DNA of 64,000 nt from an uncultured Thermoanaerobaculia bacterium (GTDB lineage: Bacteria; Acidobacteriota; Thermoanaerobaculia; Multivoradales; JAGPDF01), in contig CAYZBH010000003.1 of the NCBI GenBank assembly GCA_964476605.1, forward strand, positions 36,849 through 100,848, written 5' to 3'. This document shows, one piece after another, positions 40,016-51,814 of the stretch. The position numbers and the translations under genes are program-made. A model generated the notes under the pieces. That model ran no database searches and was not told where the DNA came from. It saw nothing but the letters and a program-made list of their open reading frames with translations. How positions within the stretch are numbered: the first letter of the stretch is position 1; each line of letters opens with the position of its first letter.

Positions 40016-40666
40016 CTAGACGCCGCGCGCCTCGGGTCCCCAGAGGAGCTTGTGAAGCTGGAGCGTCAGGCGCGCCGGCAGGCGGTCGCGGAGGATCCAG
40101 CCCGCGAGCACGGCCGCGTCGACCGCACCCCAGACGGGCGCCAAGTGGATCGGGCAGCGCCCCGCGAGCCGGCGCTCCGCGATCACCCCGCGCGCCCAGA
40201 GGTAGTCGCTCTCGGAGGCCAGCACGAACTTGAGCTCGTCGCTCGGCCTGAGGTGGGCGAGATTCTCCCAGCGATTGTTCTCGACCTCGCCCGAGCCGGG
40301 GCACTTGATGTCGAGGATTCGATGGACGCGCGGATCCACCGGCGCGATGTCGCGGCCGCCGCCGGTTTCGAGCAGCACCTCGTAGCCCGCGTCGCAGAGC
40401 GCCGTCAGGAGCGGAAAGACCGCCGGCTGGAGGAGCGGCTCGCCGCCCGTGACCTCGACGAGCGGGCAGCCGTACGACTCGACCGCGGCGAGAATCTCCT
40501 CGAGGCTCCTCCACTCCCCCGCGTAGAAGGCGTGCGCCGTGTCGCACCAGACGCATCGCATCTGGCAGCCCGTGAGCCGCACGAGCACGCAGGGACGGCC
40601 GACGGCCGTCGACTCCCCCTGCAGGGAGTAGAAGATCTCGTGCACCTTGAGCCGCCCGACGCTCAC
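40016..40666 (-). CDS. queE: 7-carboxy-7-deazaguanine synthase (radical SAM)
   Basis: EIFYSLQGE, VRLTGCQMRCVWCDT, TGGEPLLQ, ETGG, LQLHKLLW. Confidence 0.93.
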   Translation of the reverse strand: MSVGRLKVHEIFYSLQGESTAVGRPCVLVRLTGCQMRCVWCDTAHAFYAGEWRSLEEILAAVESYGCPLVEVTGGEPLLQPAVFPLLTALCDAGYEVLLETGGGRDIAPVDPRVHRILDIKCPGSGEVENNRWENLAHLRPSDELKFVLASESDYLWARGVIAERRLAGRCPIHLAPVWGAVDAAVLAGWILRDRLPARLTLQLHKLLWGPEARGV

Positions 40667-40679
40667 CTCGCCGGGCTCC

Positions 40680-41045
40680 TCAAGGCTCGTAGATGGCGCA
40701 GGAGCTCGGCGTCTCCCAGAGCTCGACGCGGCGGACGGTCCTCCCTTCCGGCAGCTGGCGCGCGAGCTCCTCGTAGAAGAAGCGCGCCAGGAGCTCCGCG
40801 GTGGTATTGAGCTCGTCGAAGGGGGGGACGTCGTTGATCAGGCGGTGATCCAGCGGCTCGACCAGTGACGCCACGATCTTCTTGAGATCGGCGAAGTCGA
40901 TCACCATGCCGAGCGCGTCGAGCGACTCCGAGGCCACCTGGACCCGCAATCGGTAGTTGTGCCCGTGGAGGTTCTGACACCCCCCCTGGTGCCCCCGGAT
41001 GCGGTGCGCGGCGGAGAAGGTGAAGTCCTTGCAGACGATGAACAT
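40680..41045 (-). CDS. queD: 6-carboxy-5,6,7,8-tetrahydropterin synthase
   Basis: FSAAHR, CQNLHGHNY, IDFADLK, LDHRLIN, TTAE, LWET. Confidence 0.93.
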   Translation of the reverse strand: MFIVCKDFTFSAAHRIRGHQGGCQNLHGHNYRLRVQVASESLDALGMVIDFADLKKIVASLVEPLDHRLINDVPPFDELNTTAELLARFFYEELARQLPEGRTVRRVELWETPSSCAIYEP

Positions 41046-41127
41046 GGTGGCGCCGGTGCCGGGTCCCCCAGGGGACGCGGCTGAGGATAGCGCGTTCCGG
41101 CTCCGGAGAAGTGCCGAATCGACGCGG

Positions 41128-42120
41128 TCAGGCGGCGATCCCCGCCTCCGCCCGGCGCAGGTAGTCGATCGTCACCGCGAGCCCGTCGTCCAGCCCGCGG
41201 GGCTGCCAGCCGAGCTCGTGGCGGGCCCTCGAGTCGTCGAAATTCCAGTGGCGGCCGAGGGAGTCCAGCTGCTCGAGGGGCACGGGGAGCCGGCGCCCGG
41301 AGAGCGCGAGGAGCGGTCCGGCGAAACGGAAGAGGAGCTTCGCCGCCCCTGCCGACAGGGAGAGCCGCGGTGGGGCCACACCCCCGAGGCGCGCCACGTC
41401 GAGCGCGAGCCGGCGAACGCTCCGCGCCTCTCCTGCCAGGAGATAGCCGCGGCCCGGCGGGGCGCTCGAGAGAATGCGCAGGATCGCCTCGACGAGGTCG
41501 TCGAGGAAGACCCAGCTCGCGAGCTTCTCCGGCGCCACCAACGCCGGAAAGCGGCCCAGCATCAAGGCGCGCAGTAGCGCGTTCGCTCCCTTCTTCTTGC
41601 CGGGAGGGCCGTAGACGAGGCTCGGGTAGACGGTATTGACGGCGAGCCCGCGTCGCGCCCACTCCTCCACCCGCGCCTGGCCGGCGGCCTTGGTCGCGGC
41701 GTAGCGCGTCGGATAGGGGAGCTGAACGGGGCTCTCCTCGGTGGCCGGCGACCCGTCCGCGGGGCTGCCGCCGAAGGCCGCGATCGAGCAGACGGAAAGG
41801 AAGCGGCCCACTCCCAGCTTGAAGGCGAGAGAGGCGACGTTCTCCGACCCCTCGACGTTGGCCCCCGCGATCCGCTCGTCGGAGGCGCCGAGATCGAGCT
41901 CGGCGGCGGCGTGGATCACCCAGTCGGCGCCCGACATCCCCTCGCGCATCGAGGCACGGTCACGGATGTCCCCAGGAAAGGTCGCCACTCCGATCTCTTG
42001 AAGGGTCAGTGCGCGCTCCCTGGAGCGGACGAGGGCGTTCACCGCGTGCCCCTCGGCCCGGAGCTGCAGGCACAAGGCCCTGCCGATATAGCCGGTTGCG
42101 CCGGTCAGGAAGCAGCGCAT
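41128..42120 (-). CDS. NAD-dependent epimerase/dehydratase (extended SDR, HpnA/DFR-like)
   Basis: FLTGATGYIG, VIHAAA, ANVEG, YAATK, YPSLVYGP. Confidence 0.88.
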   Translation of the reverse strand: MRCFLTGATGYIGRALCLQLRAEGHAVNALVRSRERALTLQEIGVATFPGDIRDRASMREGMSGADWVIHAAAELDLGASDERIAGANVEGSENVASLAFKLGVGRFLSVCSIAAFGGSPADGSPATEESPVQLPYPTRYAATKAAGQARVEEWARRGLAVNTVYPSLVYGPPGKKKGANALLRALMLGRFPALVAPEKLASWVFLDDLVEAILRILSSAPPGRGYLLAGEARSVRRLALDVARLGGVAPPRLSLSAGAAKLLFRFAGPLLALSGRRLPVPLEQLDSLGRHWNFDDSRARHELGWQPRGLDDGLAVTIDYLRRAEAGIAA

Positions 42121-42253
42121 GCGGGGTCCCCGAGGGGGGCGGGAATCGGGCGCGCGGTTTGCAACGTTCTCATCTCCAGAGCGGGTTGGCTGGGGACTCG
42201 ACCCGCTGCCGGCGCCACGAGGCTCCGGCCCAGTACCCAGTCCCCTCTCCTCC

Positions 42254-42290
42254 CCCCGTGCAGAACTCCCTCCACTGCACGGGGATTTTT

Positions 42291-42292
<2 letters not shown>
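42254..42292 (+). terminator. Plus-strand intrinsic terminator, antisense to both flanking genes
   Basis: Perfect 10-bp stem CCCCGTGCAG/CTGCACGGGG, 11-nt loop AACTCCCTCCA, then A and T7 (42286-42292). Confidence 0.65.
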
Positions 42293-44987
<2,695 letters not shown>

Positions 44988-45010
44988 GGAAGGGGCTCCG
45001 GGGGAATCGA

Positions 45011-45072
45011 CCGACCGCGCGAGACTATCACCGCACCCCCGGAACCGACCGCGCGAAGCCGGTGATAATCTC
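45011..45072. promoter_or_regulatory. Divergent promoter region with inverted and direct repeats
   Basis: Inverted repeat GAGACTATCACCG (45021-45033) / CGGTGATAATCTC (45060-45072), 1 mismatch. Direct repeat CCGACCGCGCGA at 45011-45022 and 45045-45056. Confidence 0.5.
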
Positions 45073-45132
45073 GAAACGAGGGCCGGATCCGCGCGCCTCG
45101 GGCGCTCCGGACGAGCGCCCGCAGCTCGCGCG

Positions 45133-45717
45133 ATGCCCGCTCCGGACCTGACCGCCCCCGTTCTGCTCCTCGCCATGCCGCAAGTCGCGGATCCCTTCTT
45201 CCGCAAGAGCGTGGTGCTGTTGCTGGCCCACGAGGAGGAGGGGAGCTTCGGTTTCATCGTCAATCGGAAGACCGAGCTCAAGGTGGTCGACATCCTGCGC
45301 GATCTCGAGCTTCCGTGGAGCGGCGATCCGGAGGCGATGGCGCGCTTCGGCGGCCCGGTGCAACCGCAGGTCGGAACCGTTCTCTTCGCGAGCCGGGCGA
45401 CGACCCTGCCCGAGCTCGCGGGCGCCTCCGAGGTCTTCCCCGGGATCCATCTGACGCAGCATCTCTCGGAGCTCGCGACGCTCGCCGCGACGCCGCCGGA
45501 CCGCTTCCGCCTGCTGCTCGGCTACGCCGGCTGGGGAGCCGGTCAGCTGGTCGGCGAGATCCTGCGCAACGACTGGTTGACCGCCCCGGTCGACCCGGCG
45601 CTCGTCTTCGGCGAGGAAACCGACGGCGTTTGGGAAGCGGCCCTCGAGAGCGTCGGTGTCGATCCGGCGAACCTGCCGGCCTGGACCGAACCCGATCCGG
45701 ACGGCGACGTCAACTGA
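45133..45717 (+). CDS. YqgE/AlgH (UPF0301) family protein
   Basis: LLLAMP...[31 protein letters not shown]...NDW. Confidence 0.92.
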   Translation: MPAPDLTAPVLLLAMPQVADPFFRKSVVLLLAHEEEGSFGFIVNRKTELKVVDILRDLELPWSGDPEAMARFGGPVQPQVGTVLFASRATTLPELAGASEVFPGIHLTQHLSELATLAATPPDRFRLLLGYAGWGAGQLVGEILRNDWLTAPVDPALVFGEETDGVWEAALESVGVDPANLPAWTEPDPDGDVN

Positions 45718-46298
45718 TGGCGACGCTCGATCCGCTCGCGGAGTTCCAGCGCCTCTACGCGCGCGTCTCCGACCGCGCGCCGTTCGACCCCACCGCCGTG
45801 ACGCTCGCCACCGCCGACGCCTCGGGCGCACCTTCGGCGCGCGTGGTGCTCCTCAAGAACGTCGACGATCGCGGCTTCTCCTTCTACACCAACTACACGA
45901 GCCGCAAGGGGAACGAGCTCGCGGCGAATCCTCGCGCCGCGCTCTGCTGTTACTGGCCCTGGGTCGAGCTCCAGGTCCGCGCCGAGGGCACGGTCGAGAA
46001 GCTGCCGCCGGAGGAGTCCGACGCGTACTTCGCGAGCCGGCCGCGCGGTAGTCAGCTCGGAGCCTGGGCCTCCGACCAGAGCGCCACGATTCGCTCCCGG
46101 TTCTCCCTGCTGCGCAAGGTCGCGGCGATCGAGGCGCGGCATTTCGGGCGCGCCATTCCCCGCCCGCCGTTCTGGGGGGGGTATCTCCTGCGACCCTCGC
46201 GCATCGAGTTCTGGCGCAGCAAGCCGAGCCGGCTCCACGAGCGGCGCCTCTTTCGCCGCGAGGCCGACGGGTGGCGGCTGGAGATCCTGAGCCCGTGA
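45717..46298 (+). CDS. pdxH: Pyridoxine/pyridoxamine 5'-phosphate oxidase
   Basis: ARVVLLK, FYTNYTSRKG, RPRGSQLGAWASDQS, PRPPFWGGY, IEFW, RLHER. Confidence 0.94.
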   Translation: MATLDPLAEFQRLYARVSDRAPFDPTAVTLATADASGAPSARVVLLKNVDDRGFSFYTNYTSRKGNELAANPRAALCCYWPWVELQVRAEGTVEKLPPEESDAYFASRPRGSQLGAWASDQSATIRSRFSLLRKVAAIEARHFGRAIPRPPFWGGYLLRPSRIEFWRSKPSRLHERRLFRREADGWRLEILSP

Positions 46299-46771
46299 TC
46301 CGGCGCCGGCGCCTGGCACCCGCTGAGGAGCAGCATTCGGCCGGCGGCATCGTGGTGCGCGGCGAGGAGGTCCTCCTCATCGCAACCGCCGGCGGCCGCC
46401 GCTGGCAACTTCCGAAGGGGCACCTGGAACCCGGAGAGCGCCCCGACGAGGCCGCGGTGCGGGAAGTGCGGGAGGAGACTGGCGTGAGCGGACGCGTCCT
46501 CGCGCCGCTGCAGGGGATCGACTACTCCTTCGTCGAGCGCGGGCTCCGGCGCATCCAGAAGCACGTCGACTACTACCTGCTCGCCTACGAGAGCGGCAAC
46601 GAAGCCGATTTCGATCCCGAGGAAGTGGTGGCGGCCCGTTGGTTCCCCTGGACGGAGGCGCTCGCCAAGCTCTCGCACGCCAACGAGCGACGAGTCGCGG
46701 AGCAGGCCTGGACGCTCGTCCAAGCGGGAGCTTCCGCGGCGGATCTCGCGAGCGAAGGAGGAAGGCCTTGA
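46295..46771 (+). CDS. NUDIX hydrolase (Ap4A hydrolase-like)
   Basis: SAGGIV, WQLPKGHLEPGE...AAVREVREETG Nudix box. Confidence 0.9.
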   Translation: MIRRRRLAPAEEQHSAGGIVVRGEEVLLIATAGGRRWQLPKGHLEPGERPDEAAVREVREETGVSGRVLAPLQGIDYSFVERGLRRIQKHVDYYLLAYESGNEADFDPEEVVAARWFPWTEALAKLSHANERRVAEQAWTLVQAGASAADLASEGGRP

Positions 46772-47112
46772 AGATCCTCGTGCGCATCGTCCTGAACGGC
46801 CTCGGCCTCTGGCTCGCGGCGGCGATCCTGCCGGGCGTTCACTACACCGGCGGCCTCTGGAGCCTGCTCGGCGCGGGCTGCGTCATCGGCCTGCTCAACC
46901 TCCTGGTCCGGCCGCTCCTCACGCTGTTCTCGCTGCCGCTCCTCGTCGTGACCCTGGGCCTCTTCTACCTGGTCATCAACGGCGCCCTCTTCTGGCTCGC
47001 GGATCGCCTGCTCGGCGGCCTCGTCGTCGACGGCTTCTTCTGGGCGATGGCAGGCGGCCTCTTCCTCGCGATCTTCAACCTGCTCCTGCGCGCCCTGTTC
47101 GAGCGCGACTGA
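46768..47112 (+). CDS. YvlD/DUF360-like 4-TM membrane protein (phage holin superfamily IV family)
   Basis: TTG start overlapping the previous stop. LLNLLVRPLLTLFSLP..VTLGLF.LVING. Confidence 0.85.
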   Translation: MKILVRIVLNGLGLWLAAAILPGVHYTGGLWSLLGAGCVIGLLNLLVRPLLTLFSLPLLVVTLGLFYLVINGALFWLADRLLGGLVVDGFFWAMAGGLFLAIFNLLLRALFERD

Positions 47113-47115
47113 GCG

Positions 47116-47808
47116 ATGAGCGCCCGCGTCGCGAGTGGCGCCGCGAAGTCGCCGAAGACGGGTCGGCGCCCCGGCAAGCCCGCGCCTGCCGAGCGCGCCG
47201 CAGAGCTGCTGGCGCTCCTCCGGCGCGAGTATCCGGACGCTGCCTGCGCCCTCCGTCACGAGGACGCGCTCGAGCTCCTGGTCGCCACGATCCTCTCCGC
47301 CCAATGCACGGACGCGCGCGTCAACCAGGTCACGCCGGCCCTCTTCCGACGCTGTCCCGACGCCGAGGCCTACGCCGCGATCCCCCTGCCCGAGCTCGAG
47401 TCGCTCATCCGGTCCACCGGTTTCTTCCACAACAAGGCCAAGTCGATCTCGGGGCTCGGCCGCGCGCTCCTCGAGCGCCATGACGGGGAGGTTCCCCGCA
47501 CCATGGAGGAGCTCGTGGCGCTACCCGGCGTCGGACGCAAGACCGCGAACGTCGTGCTCGGCAACGCCTTCGGGAAGAACGAAGGAATCGTCGTCGACAC
47601 GCACGTCGCGCGTCTCGCCGGCCGGCTCGGGCTCGCGAAGAGCGCCGATCCGGTGCGCATCGAGCGGGAGTTGATGCCACTCTTCCCGCGCGACGCGTGG
47701 ACTCTGCTCGCCCATCTGCTGATCGAGCACGGCCGCAAGGTCTGCAACGCACGGCGCCCGCTGTGCGATCGCTGCACGCTCTCGACGCTCTGCCCGTCGG
47801 CACGTTGA
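47116..47808 (+). CDS. nth: Endonuclease III
   Basis: ATILSAQCTDARVN, STGFFHNKAK, HhH LPGVGRKTANVV, VDTHV, Fe-S motif CNARRPLCDRCTLSTLC. Confidence 0.96.
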   Translation: MSARVASGAAKSPKTGRRPGKPAPAERAAELLALLRREYPDAACALRHEDALELLVATILSAQCTDARVNQVTPALFRRCPDAEAYAAIPLPELESLIRSTGFFHNKAKSISGLGRALLERHDGEVPRTMEELVALPGVGRKTANVVLGNAFGKNEGIVVDTHVARLAGRLGLAKSADPVRIERELMPLFPRDAWTLLAHLLIEHGRKVCNARRPLCDRCTLSTLCPSAR

Positions 47809-47852
47809 ATGTTCCACCGGGGCCGGCGTACCCTTCGAGTACACTAGCCGCG

Positions 47853-48596
47853 ATGAGCTCTCCTCGGCGCCTCGCGGTCGTCACCGGAGCCTCTTCGGGC
47901 TTCGGCGCCGCGACCGCCCGGGCGCTCGCCACCGCAGGTTTCGACGTGGTGCTCGGCGCGCGCCGCGTGGAGCGCCTGCGCGAGATCGCCGAGCCGCTCG
48001 GTTGCCGGTATCGACCCCTCGACGTCACCGACGGCGCGAGCGTCGAGGCTTTTCGCTCGGCCTTGCCGCGGGTCGACGTCCTCGTCAACAACGCCGGCAA
48101 CGCCTTCGGTGCGGAGCCCGTCGGTCAGGCCGACGAGGCCAACTGGCGCGCCATGTTCGAGCTCAACGTGCTCGGCGTGCTGCGCATGACCCGTGCCCTG
48201 CTCCCCGCGCTCGTCGCTTCCGGCGACGGCGTCATCGTCAATGTCGGCTCCATCGCCGGCTTCGAGGTCTACCCGGGCGGCGCCGGCTACACCGCCTCCA
48301 AACACGCTCTGCGCGCGCTCACGCGCACCCTCCGTCTCGAGCTGCTGGGCCAGCCAGTCCGGATCTCGGAGATCGCCCCCGGCATGGCGGAGACCGAGTT
48401 CGCGCTGGTGCGCTTCGGTGGCGACCGCGAGCGTGCGCGCAAGGTCTACGAAGGGATGACGCCGCTCGCCGCGGAGGACGTGGCGGCCGCGATCGCGTGG
48501 GTCGCCACGCGGCCCGCGCACGTCAACATCGACGAACTGGTGATCCGGCCACGGGATCAGGCCTCGGCCACGCTCGTCCACCGACGCCCCTCCTGA
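47853..48596 (+). CDS. SDR oxidoreductase (YdfG-like)
   Basis: VTGASSGFG, LVNNAG, YTASK, EIAPGMAETEF, HVNIDE. Confidence 0.92.
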   Translation: MSSPRRLAVVTGASSGFGAATARALATAGFDVVLGARRVERLREIAEPLGCRYRPLDVTDGASVEAFRSALPRVDVLVNNAGNAFGAEPVGQADEANWRAMFELNVLGVLRMTRALLPALVASGDGVIVNVGSIAGFEVYPGGAGYTASKHALRALTRTLRLELLGQPVRISEIAPGMAETEFALVRFGGDRERARKVYEGMTPLAAEDVAAAIAWVATRPAHVNIDELVIRPRDQASATLVHRRPS

Positions 48597-48609
48597 GCGG
48601 AAGCCCACC

Positions 48610-48966
48610 GTGCATCCGCGACAACGTCTCCTGGCCCTCGCGCTGCTCGCGCCGGCGCTCGCGATGCTCCTCGCCGCCTGCGACGACTGGCTCGTGCGCT
48701 CGCCGGGCGAACGTCTCTGGCGAAAGCACTGCGCGAGCTGTCACGGTCTCGACGCCTCCGGCAACACGCCCCGCCAGATGGGGAATCCCTGGGCCGACCT
48801 GCGCGACGACGCATGGAAGCACCTCGGCGGCGAGGACGAGCAGATCGAGAACGTGATCCGCCAGGGGATCTTCGGCGAGATGCCGGCGCACGACGAGCTC
48901 ACGCGAGAGGAGATGCGCGCCCTCATCGCGCACCTCAGACTGCTGCGCGGCGAGGCCGGACGGTGA
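48610..48966 (+). CDS. Monoheme class I cytochrome c, predicted lipoprotein
   Basis: Lipobox LLAAC, CASCHG, distal Met in GEMPAH. Confidence 0.87.
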   Translation: MHPRQRLLALALLAPALAMLLAACDDWLVRSPGERLWRKHCASCHGLDASGNTPRQMGNPWADLRDDAWKHLGGEDEQIENVIRQGIFGEMPAHDELTREEMRALIAHLRLLRGEAGR

Positions 48967-49280
48967 GAGCACTCGCACCGGCCGCCCTGCTGCTCGCGAT
49001 CGCTTGCGGACCTCCGCGCTCCGGCGAGAGCGCGGAGAGCCTCTGGCAGGAGCACTGCGTGCGCTGCCACGGCGAGAACGGGCGCGGGGATCCGCGCCGG
49101 GTGGGACTCTCACCCGCGCTCGACCTCTCGCGCTCGGTCCTGGTCGCGCGTCGCGAGCGCGGAGCCCTCTACCGTCGGATCCAAGGCGGCACCGAGAACA
49201 TGCCGGCGTTCTCGCACAAGCTCCCGCAGGGGGACATCGAGCTGCTGGTCGACTACGTCCTGAAATCTCAGGGGAGGTGA
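48963..49280 (+). CDS. Monoheme class I cytochrome c, predicted lipoprotein
   Basis: GTG overlapping the previous stop. LAIAC lipobox, CVRCHG, NMPAF. Confidence 0.85.
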   Translation: MRALAPAALLLAIACGPPRSGESAESLWQEHCVRCHGENGRGDPRRVGLSPALDLSRSVLVARRERGALYRRIQGGTENMPAFSHKLPQGDIELLVDYVLKSQGR

Positions 49281-49284
49281 GGCC

Positions 49285-49509
49285 ATGGATGCGCAGAAGC
49301 TCAAGGAGGTCTACGAACGCCTCGAGATTCTCGACGACCGGCTCTCCCACCGCCTCCGGCGCAGCTCGAGCGCTGGCGCGCATCGGGCTTCGCCGGAGGA
49401 TCTCGAGGAGCGGCTCCGCGACGTCGCCACCTACGTTCTCGAGCTCCGGGAGCTGGTCGCCGAGCTGATGCGCGCCCTGGCGGCGCGCCCTGACGGCCCG
49501 GTGCGCTAG
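49285..49509 (+). CDS. Hypothetical small helical / coiled-coil protein
   Basis: GGAGG RBS, amphipathic helices, tightly packed in the operon. Confidence 0.65.
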   Translation: MDAQKLKEVYERLEILDDRLSHRLRRSSSAGAHRASPEDLEERLRDVATYVLELRELVAELMRALAARPDGPVR

Positions 49510-51368
49510 CGCGCCGAGCGCGGCGGCTCGATCTCGAGCAGCGCGGCCAGCCGGCGCGCGATCGCCTCGATCCGCAAGCGCCGGGGGGCGCGCGCGGCAC
49601 GTCCGAGCTCGCGATAGAAGCCGCGCATGGCGCGCTCTTCGGGCAGGTAGCCGCCGGCGAAGCTGAGCGTGGGCGGGCGGAAGGCGGCCAACACGTCGGC
49701 GGTCCGGTCGACGAGGCGGATCCCGGGGCGCGCGAAGGCCACGACGTCCCCGCTCGTCGAGCCCCCCACCCCATGCCGGGCGGCGCTCTTGCGATCCCAG
49801 ACTCGCTCGAAGACCGGTCGCCCCTCGAAGCGGAAGGCCTCCAGGGCGCGCGCGATGCCCTTCGCCCAGGCGTCCGCGGCCTTCGCATCCAAGTGCCCGT
49901 CCGCGCTCGCCCCCTGACGATTGACGTAGACCTGCACCACGCCCTCGTTCGCCACCGCCCGATAAGCGACGGCGAAGTTCCACGGCTCGCGCGCGTTGCG
50001 CAGTGACGCCAGCTCCGGCGCCTGGCGCAGGACCTCGCTCACGTCGACCTCGGCGTCGACCTTCACGGCGCCGTGGCTGCTCACGACCACGACCGTGGTG
50101 CGGTCGAGGTCGAGGGCATCGAGGAGCCCGGCGAGCTCGCGATCCGTCGTCCGCCAGGCACGCTCCCGAAGCGACTGGCTGAGCACGCGATCGGAGGGAG
50201 CGACCCGCGCCGCGACCTCGAAGGTCGGAACGTGCACCAGGAGCAGATCCCAGGAGAGGCGCGCCCCCGCCGTGGCGGAGCGAAAAGCGTATTCCGTCAG
50301 CCGGTCGAGCTGCTCGCCGAGCGTGTCGGCGTCGATCAGCGGCATTCCGAAGACGCGGCGTCCGAGCGCCGTCCCGTCGGGGACGCCGGGCCAGGTCAGG
50401 TTCTGATCGCCGAGCCGCCGCGAGAGGGCGGCAGGTACCGCACGGTTCTCGTACACCGCCGAGGCGTAGATCCGCGACATCCCCCGGACCGGATCGAGGT
50501 CGATGACCTTGAGCCAGCAGACGAGCCCGCCGCCGCTCCTCGCGGCGGCCGCGTCGGTCGGCAACACGAGCGGAAACCACTTCCCGGGCTCCATCGTGCC
50601 GATGTAGCCCTTGGCCGGATTGACGTCGCTCCCGATCAGCACGGCATCGTAGTTCGCGACGCCGTCGTCCGTCCGGTCGATCGCGATCAAGTCGTAGAGG
50701 ATGCGGGCGCCGCTGATCTGGCCGGTGCCGAACGGCAGCGTGATGGTGAGCGGCGTCGAATAGCTCGAGACGCCGGGCGGCAGCGACCAGTAGAGCGAGG
50801 GCCCCGGTCCGATGCCGTAGAGCTCGTTGCGCCAGCCGTCCGGCTTCAGCACGAGGGTCTGCGATCGGAAGAGCGGCTCGCCTCCGTCGTTCACGGCCCA
50901 GTTCGCGCGCCGCTCCGCGGTCGAGCCGTCGAGGCCCGGCCAGAGCACCGCCCCCACCTGGAGCTTCTGCCGGCGCGCCGCCTGCCAGAGCGTCTCGACC
51001 GGGAGGGTCACCGAGGCGGCGTCGGCCTCTTCCAAGAGCGGGTCGGACGGCCGGCGGAAGACCTGACCGACCACTCCGTGCACCGCCGGAGGAGCCCCGG
51101 TCACCAACGAAGCGAGCCCCGGCGCCGTGAGCGGCACCGCGGCGGGAGTGAGCGGCGTGATGCCCCCGGGGGCTCTCGCGAGGCGCGCCCAACCTCCCTC
51201 GAGCGCTCCGCTCCCGAGGTGACTCTCGAGCTCGTCAGCGCCCACCCCGTCGACCGCCACGACCACCACCCGCGGCGCGGGCGTCGCCGCGAAGGCGGCC
51301 TCGGACCACCCCGGAGCGAGCAGCGCGAGCGCCGCGATCCAACTCTTCCGCCACATCCCCATCGTCAC
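49506..51368 (-). CDS. Exported alkaline-phosphatase-superfamily (NPP-like) protein with degenerate metal site
   Basis: Signal peptide, VVVAVDG, LTAPG.ASLVTG...HGVVG, ETLWQAA..Q, VVVVSSHG. Most distal metal ligands are substituted. Confidence 0.75.
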   Translation of the reverse strand: MTMGMWRKSWIAALALLAPGWSEAAFAATPAPRVVVVAVDGVGADELESHLGSGALEGGWARLARAPGGITPLTPAAVPLTAPGLASLVTGAPPAVHGVVGQVFRRPSDPLLEEADAASVTLPVETLWQAARRQKLQVGAVLWPGLDGSTAERRANWAVNDGGEPLFRSQTLVLKPDGWRNELYGIGPGPSLYWSLPPGVSSYSTPLTITLPFGTGQISGARILYDLIAIDRTDDGVANYDAVLIGSDVNPAKGYIGTMEPGKWFPLVLPTDAAAARSGGGLVCWLKVIDLDPVRGMSRIYASAVYENRAVPAALSRRLGDQNLTWPGVPDGTALGRRVFGMPLIDADTLGEQLDRLTEYAFRSATAGARLSWDLLLVHVPTFEVAARVAPSDRVLSQSLRERAWRTTDRELAGLLDALDLDRTTVVVVSSHGAVKVDAEVDVSEVLRQAPELASLRNAREPWNFAVAYRAVANEGVVQVYVNRQGASADGHLDAKAADAWAKGIARALEAFRFEGRPVFERVWDRKSAARHGVGGSTSGDVVAFARPGIRLVDRTADVLAAFRPPTLSFAGGYLPEERAMRGFYRELGRAARAPRRLRIEAIARRLAALLEIEPPRSAR

Positions 51369-51814
51369 TCTCTCCCGGTGGAGCCGAATCCACCGCTGCC
51401 GCGCGAGCTCGGCGTGAGCTCGTTCGCTTCCTCGAAATGCGGCGCCGTGACCGCCGCGATCACCAGCTGCGCGATCCGGTCACCGCGCCGGATCACGAAC
51501 GTCTCCTGCCCGAGGTTCGCCAGGATCACCCGGAGCTCGCCGCGGTAGTCGCTGTCGATCGTCCCGGGCGCGTTGAGCAGGGTGAGCCCGTGACGCAGCG
51601 CGAGCCCGCTCCTCGGCCGGATCTGTCCTTCCCAGCCCGGCGGGATCTCGAGACAGAGACCGGTCGGAACCGCCGTCCGCTCGCCGGGCTCGAGGCGTTG
51701 CTCGTCCGGGATCGCGGCCCGCAGGTCGGCGCCGGAGCTGCCCGCGGAGGCGGCCTCGGGCAGGGGGAGCCCCGCCGCGTGCGGAAGCCGTCGCACCCGC
51801 ACCGTGGGGCTCAC
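51365..51814 (-). CDS. dut: dUTP diphosphatase
   Basis: SSGADL, RPRSGLA, LNAPGTIDSDYRGE, RIAQL, RGSGGFGSTG. Confidence 0.97.
   Translation of the reverse strand: MSPTVRVRRLPHAAGLPLPEAASAGSSGADLRAAIPDEQRLEPGERTAVPTGLCLEIPPGWEGQIRPRSGLALRHGLTLLNAPGTIDSDYRGELRVILANLGQETFVIRRGDRIAQLVIAAVTAPHFEEANELTPSSRGSGGFGSTGRE

Noticed and set aside
40016-41045. queE-queD as a possible 7-deazaguanine DNA-modification (dpd) defence island
   Set aside because: No dpdA/tgt-like, folE or queC genes adjacent. Ordinary queuosine precursor synthesis is the simpler reading.
41046-41127. Possible preQ1 riboswitch upstream of queD
   Set aside because: The region is short and GC-rich and lacks the A-rich tail and stem-loop signature of preQ1 aptamers.
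41128-42120. HpnA-like epimerase as a marker of a hopanoid cluster
   Set aside because: No squalene synthase, squalene-hopene cyclase or other hpn genes nearby. The family is broad.
42185-42245. tRNA-like look on the minus strand (GGGTCGAGTCCC resembling a T-arm, GGGGACT/AGTCCCC stem)
   Set aside because: No D-arm or anticodon arm, wrong spacing, no CCA end. Kept only as part of the structured-RNA candidate.
45021-45072. TGATAAT half-sites as a Fur box
   Set aside because: The half-sites are 26 bp apart and in the reverse order relative to the Fur 7-1-7 arrangement.
46768-47112. Holin-family gene as a sign of prophage
   Set aside because: YvlD/DUF360-type proteins are common chromosomal genes. 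There is no endolysin, integrase or structural gene, and it is embedded in a housekeeping operon.
51365-51814. dut as phage cargo
   Set aside because: Typical bacterial trimeric dUTPase with host-like composition and no mobile-element context.
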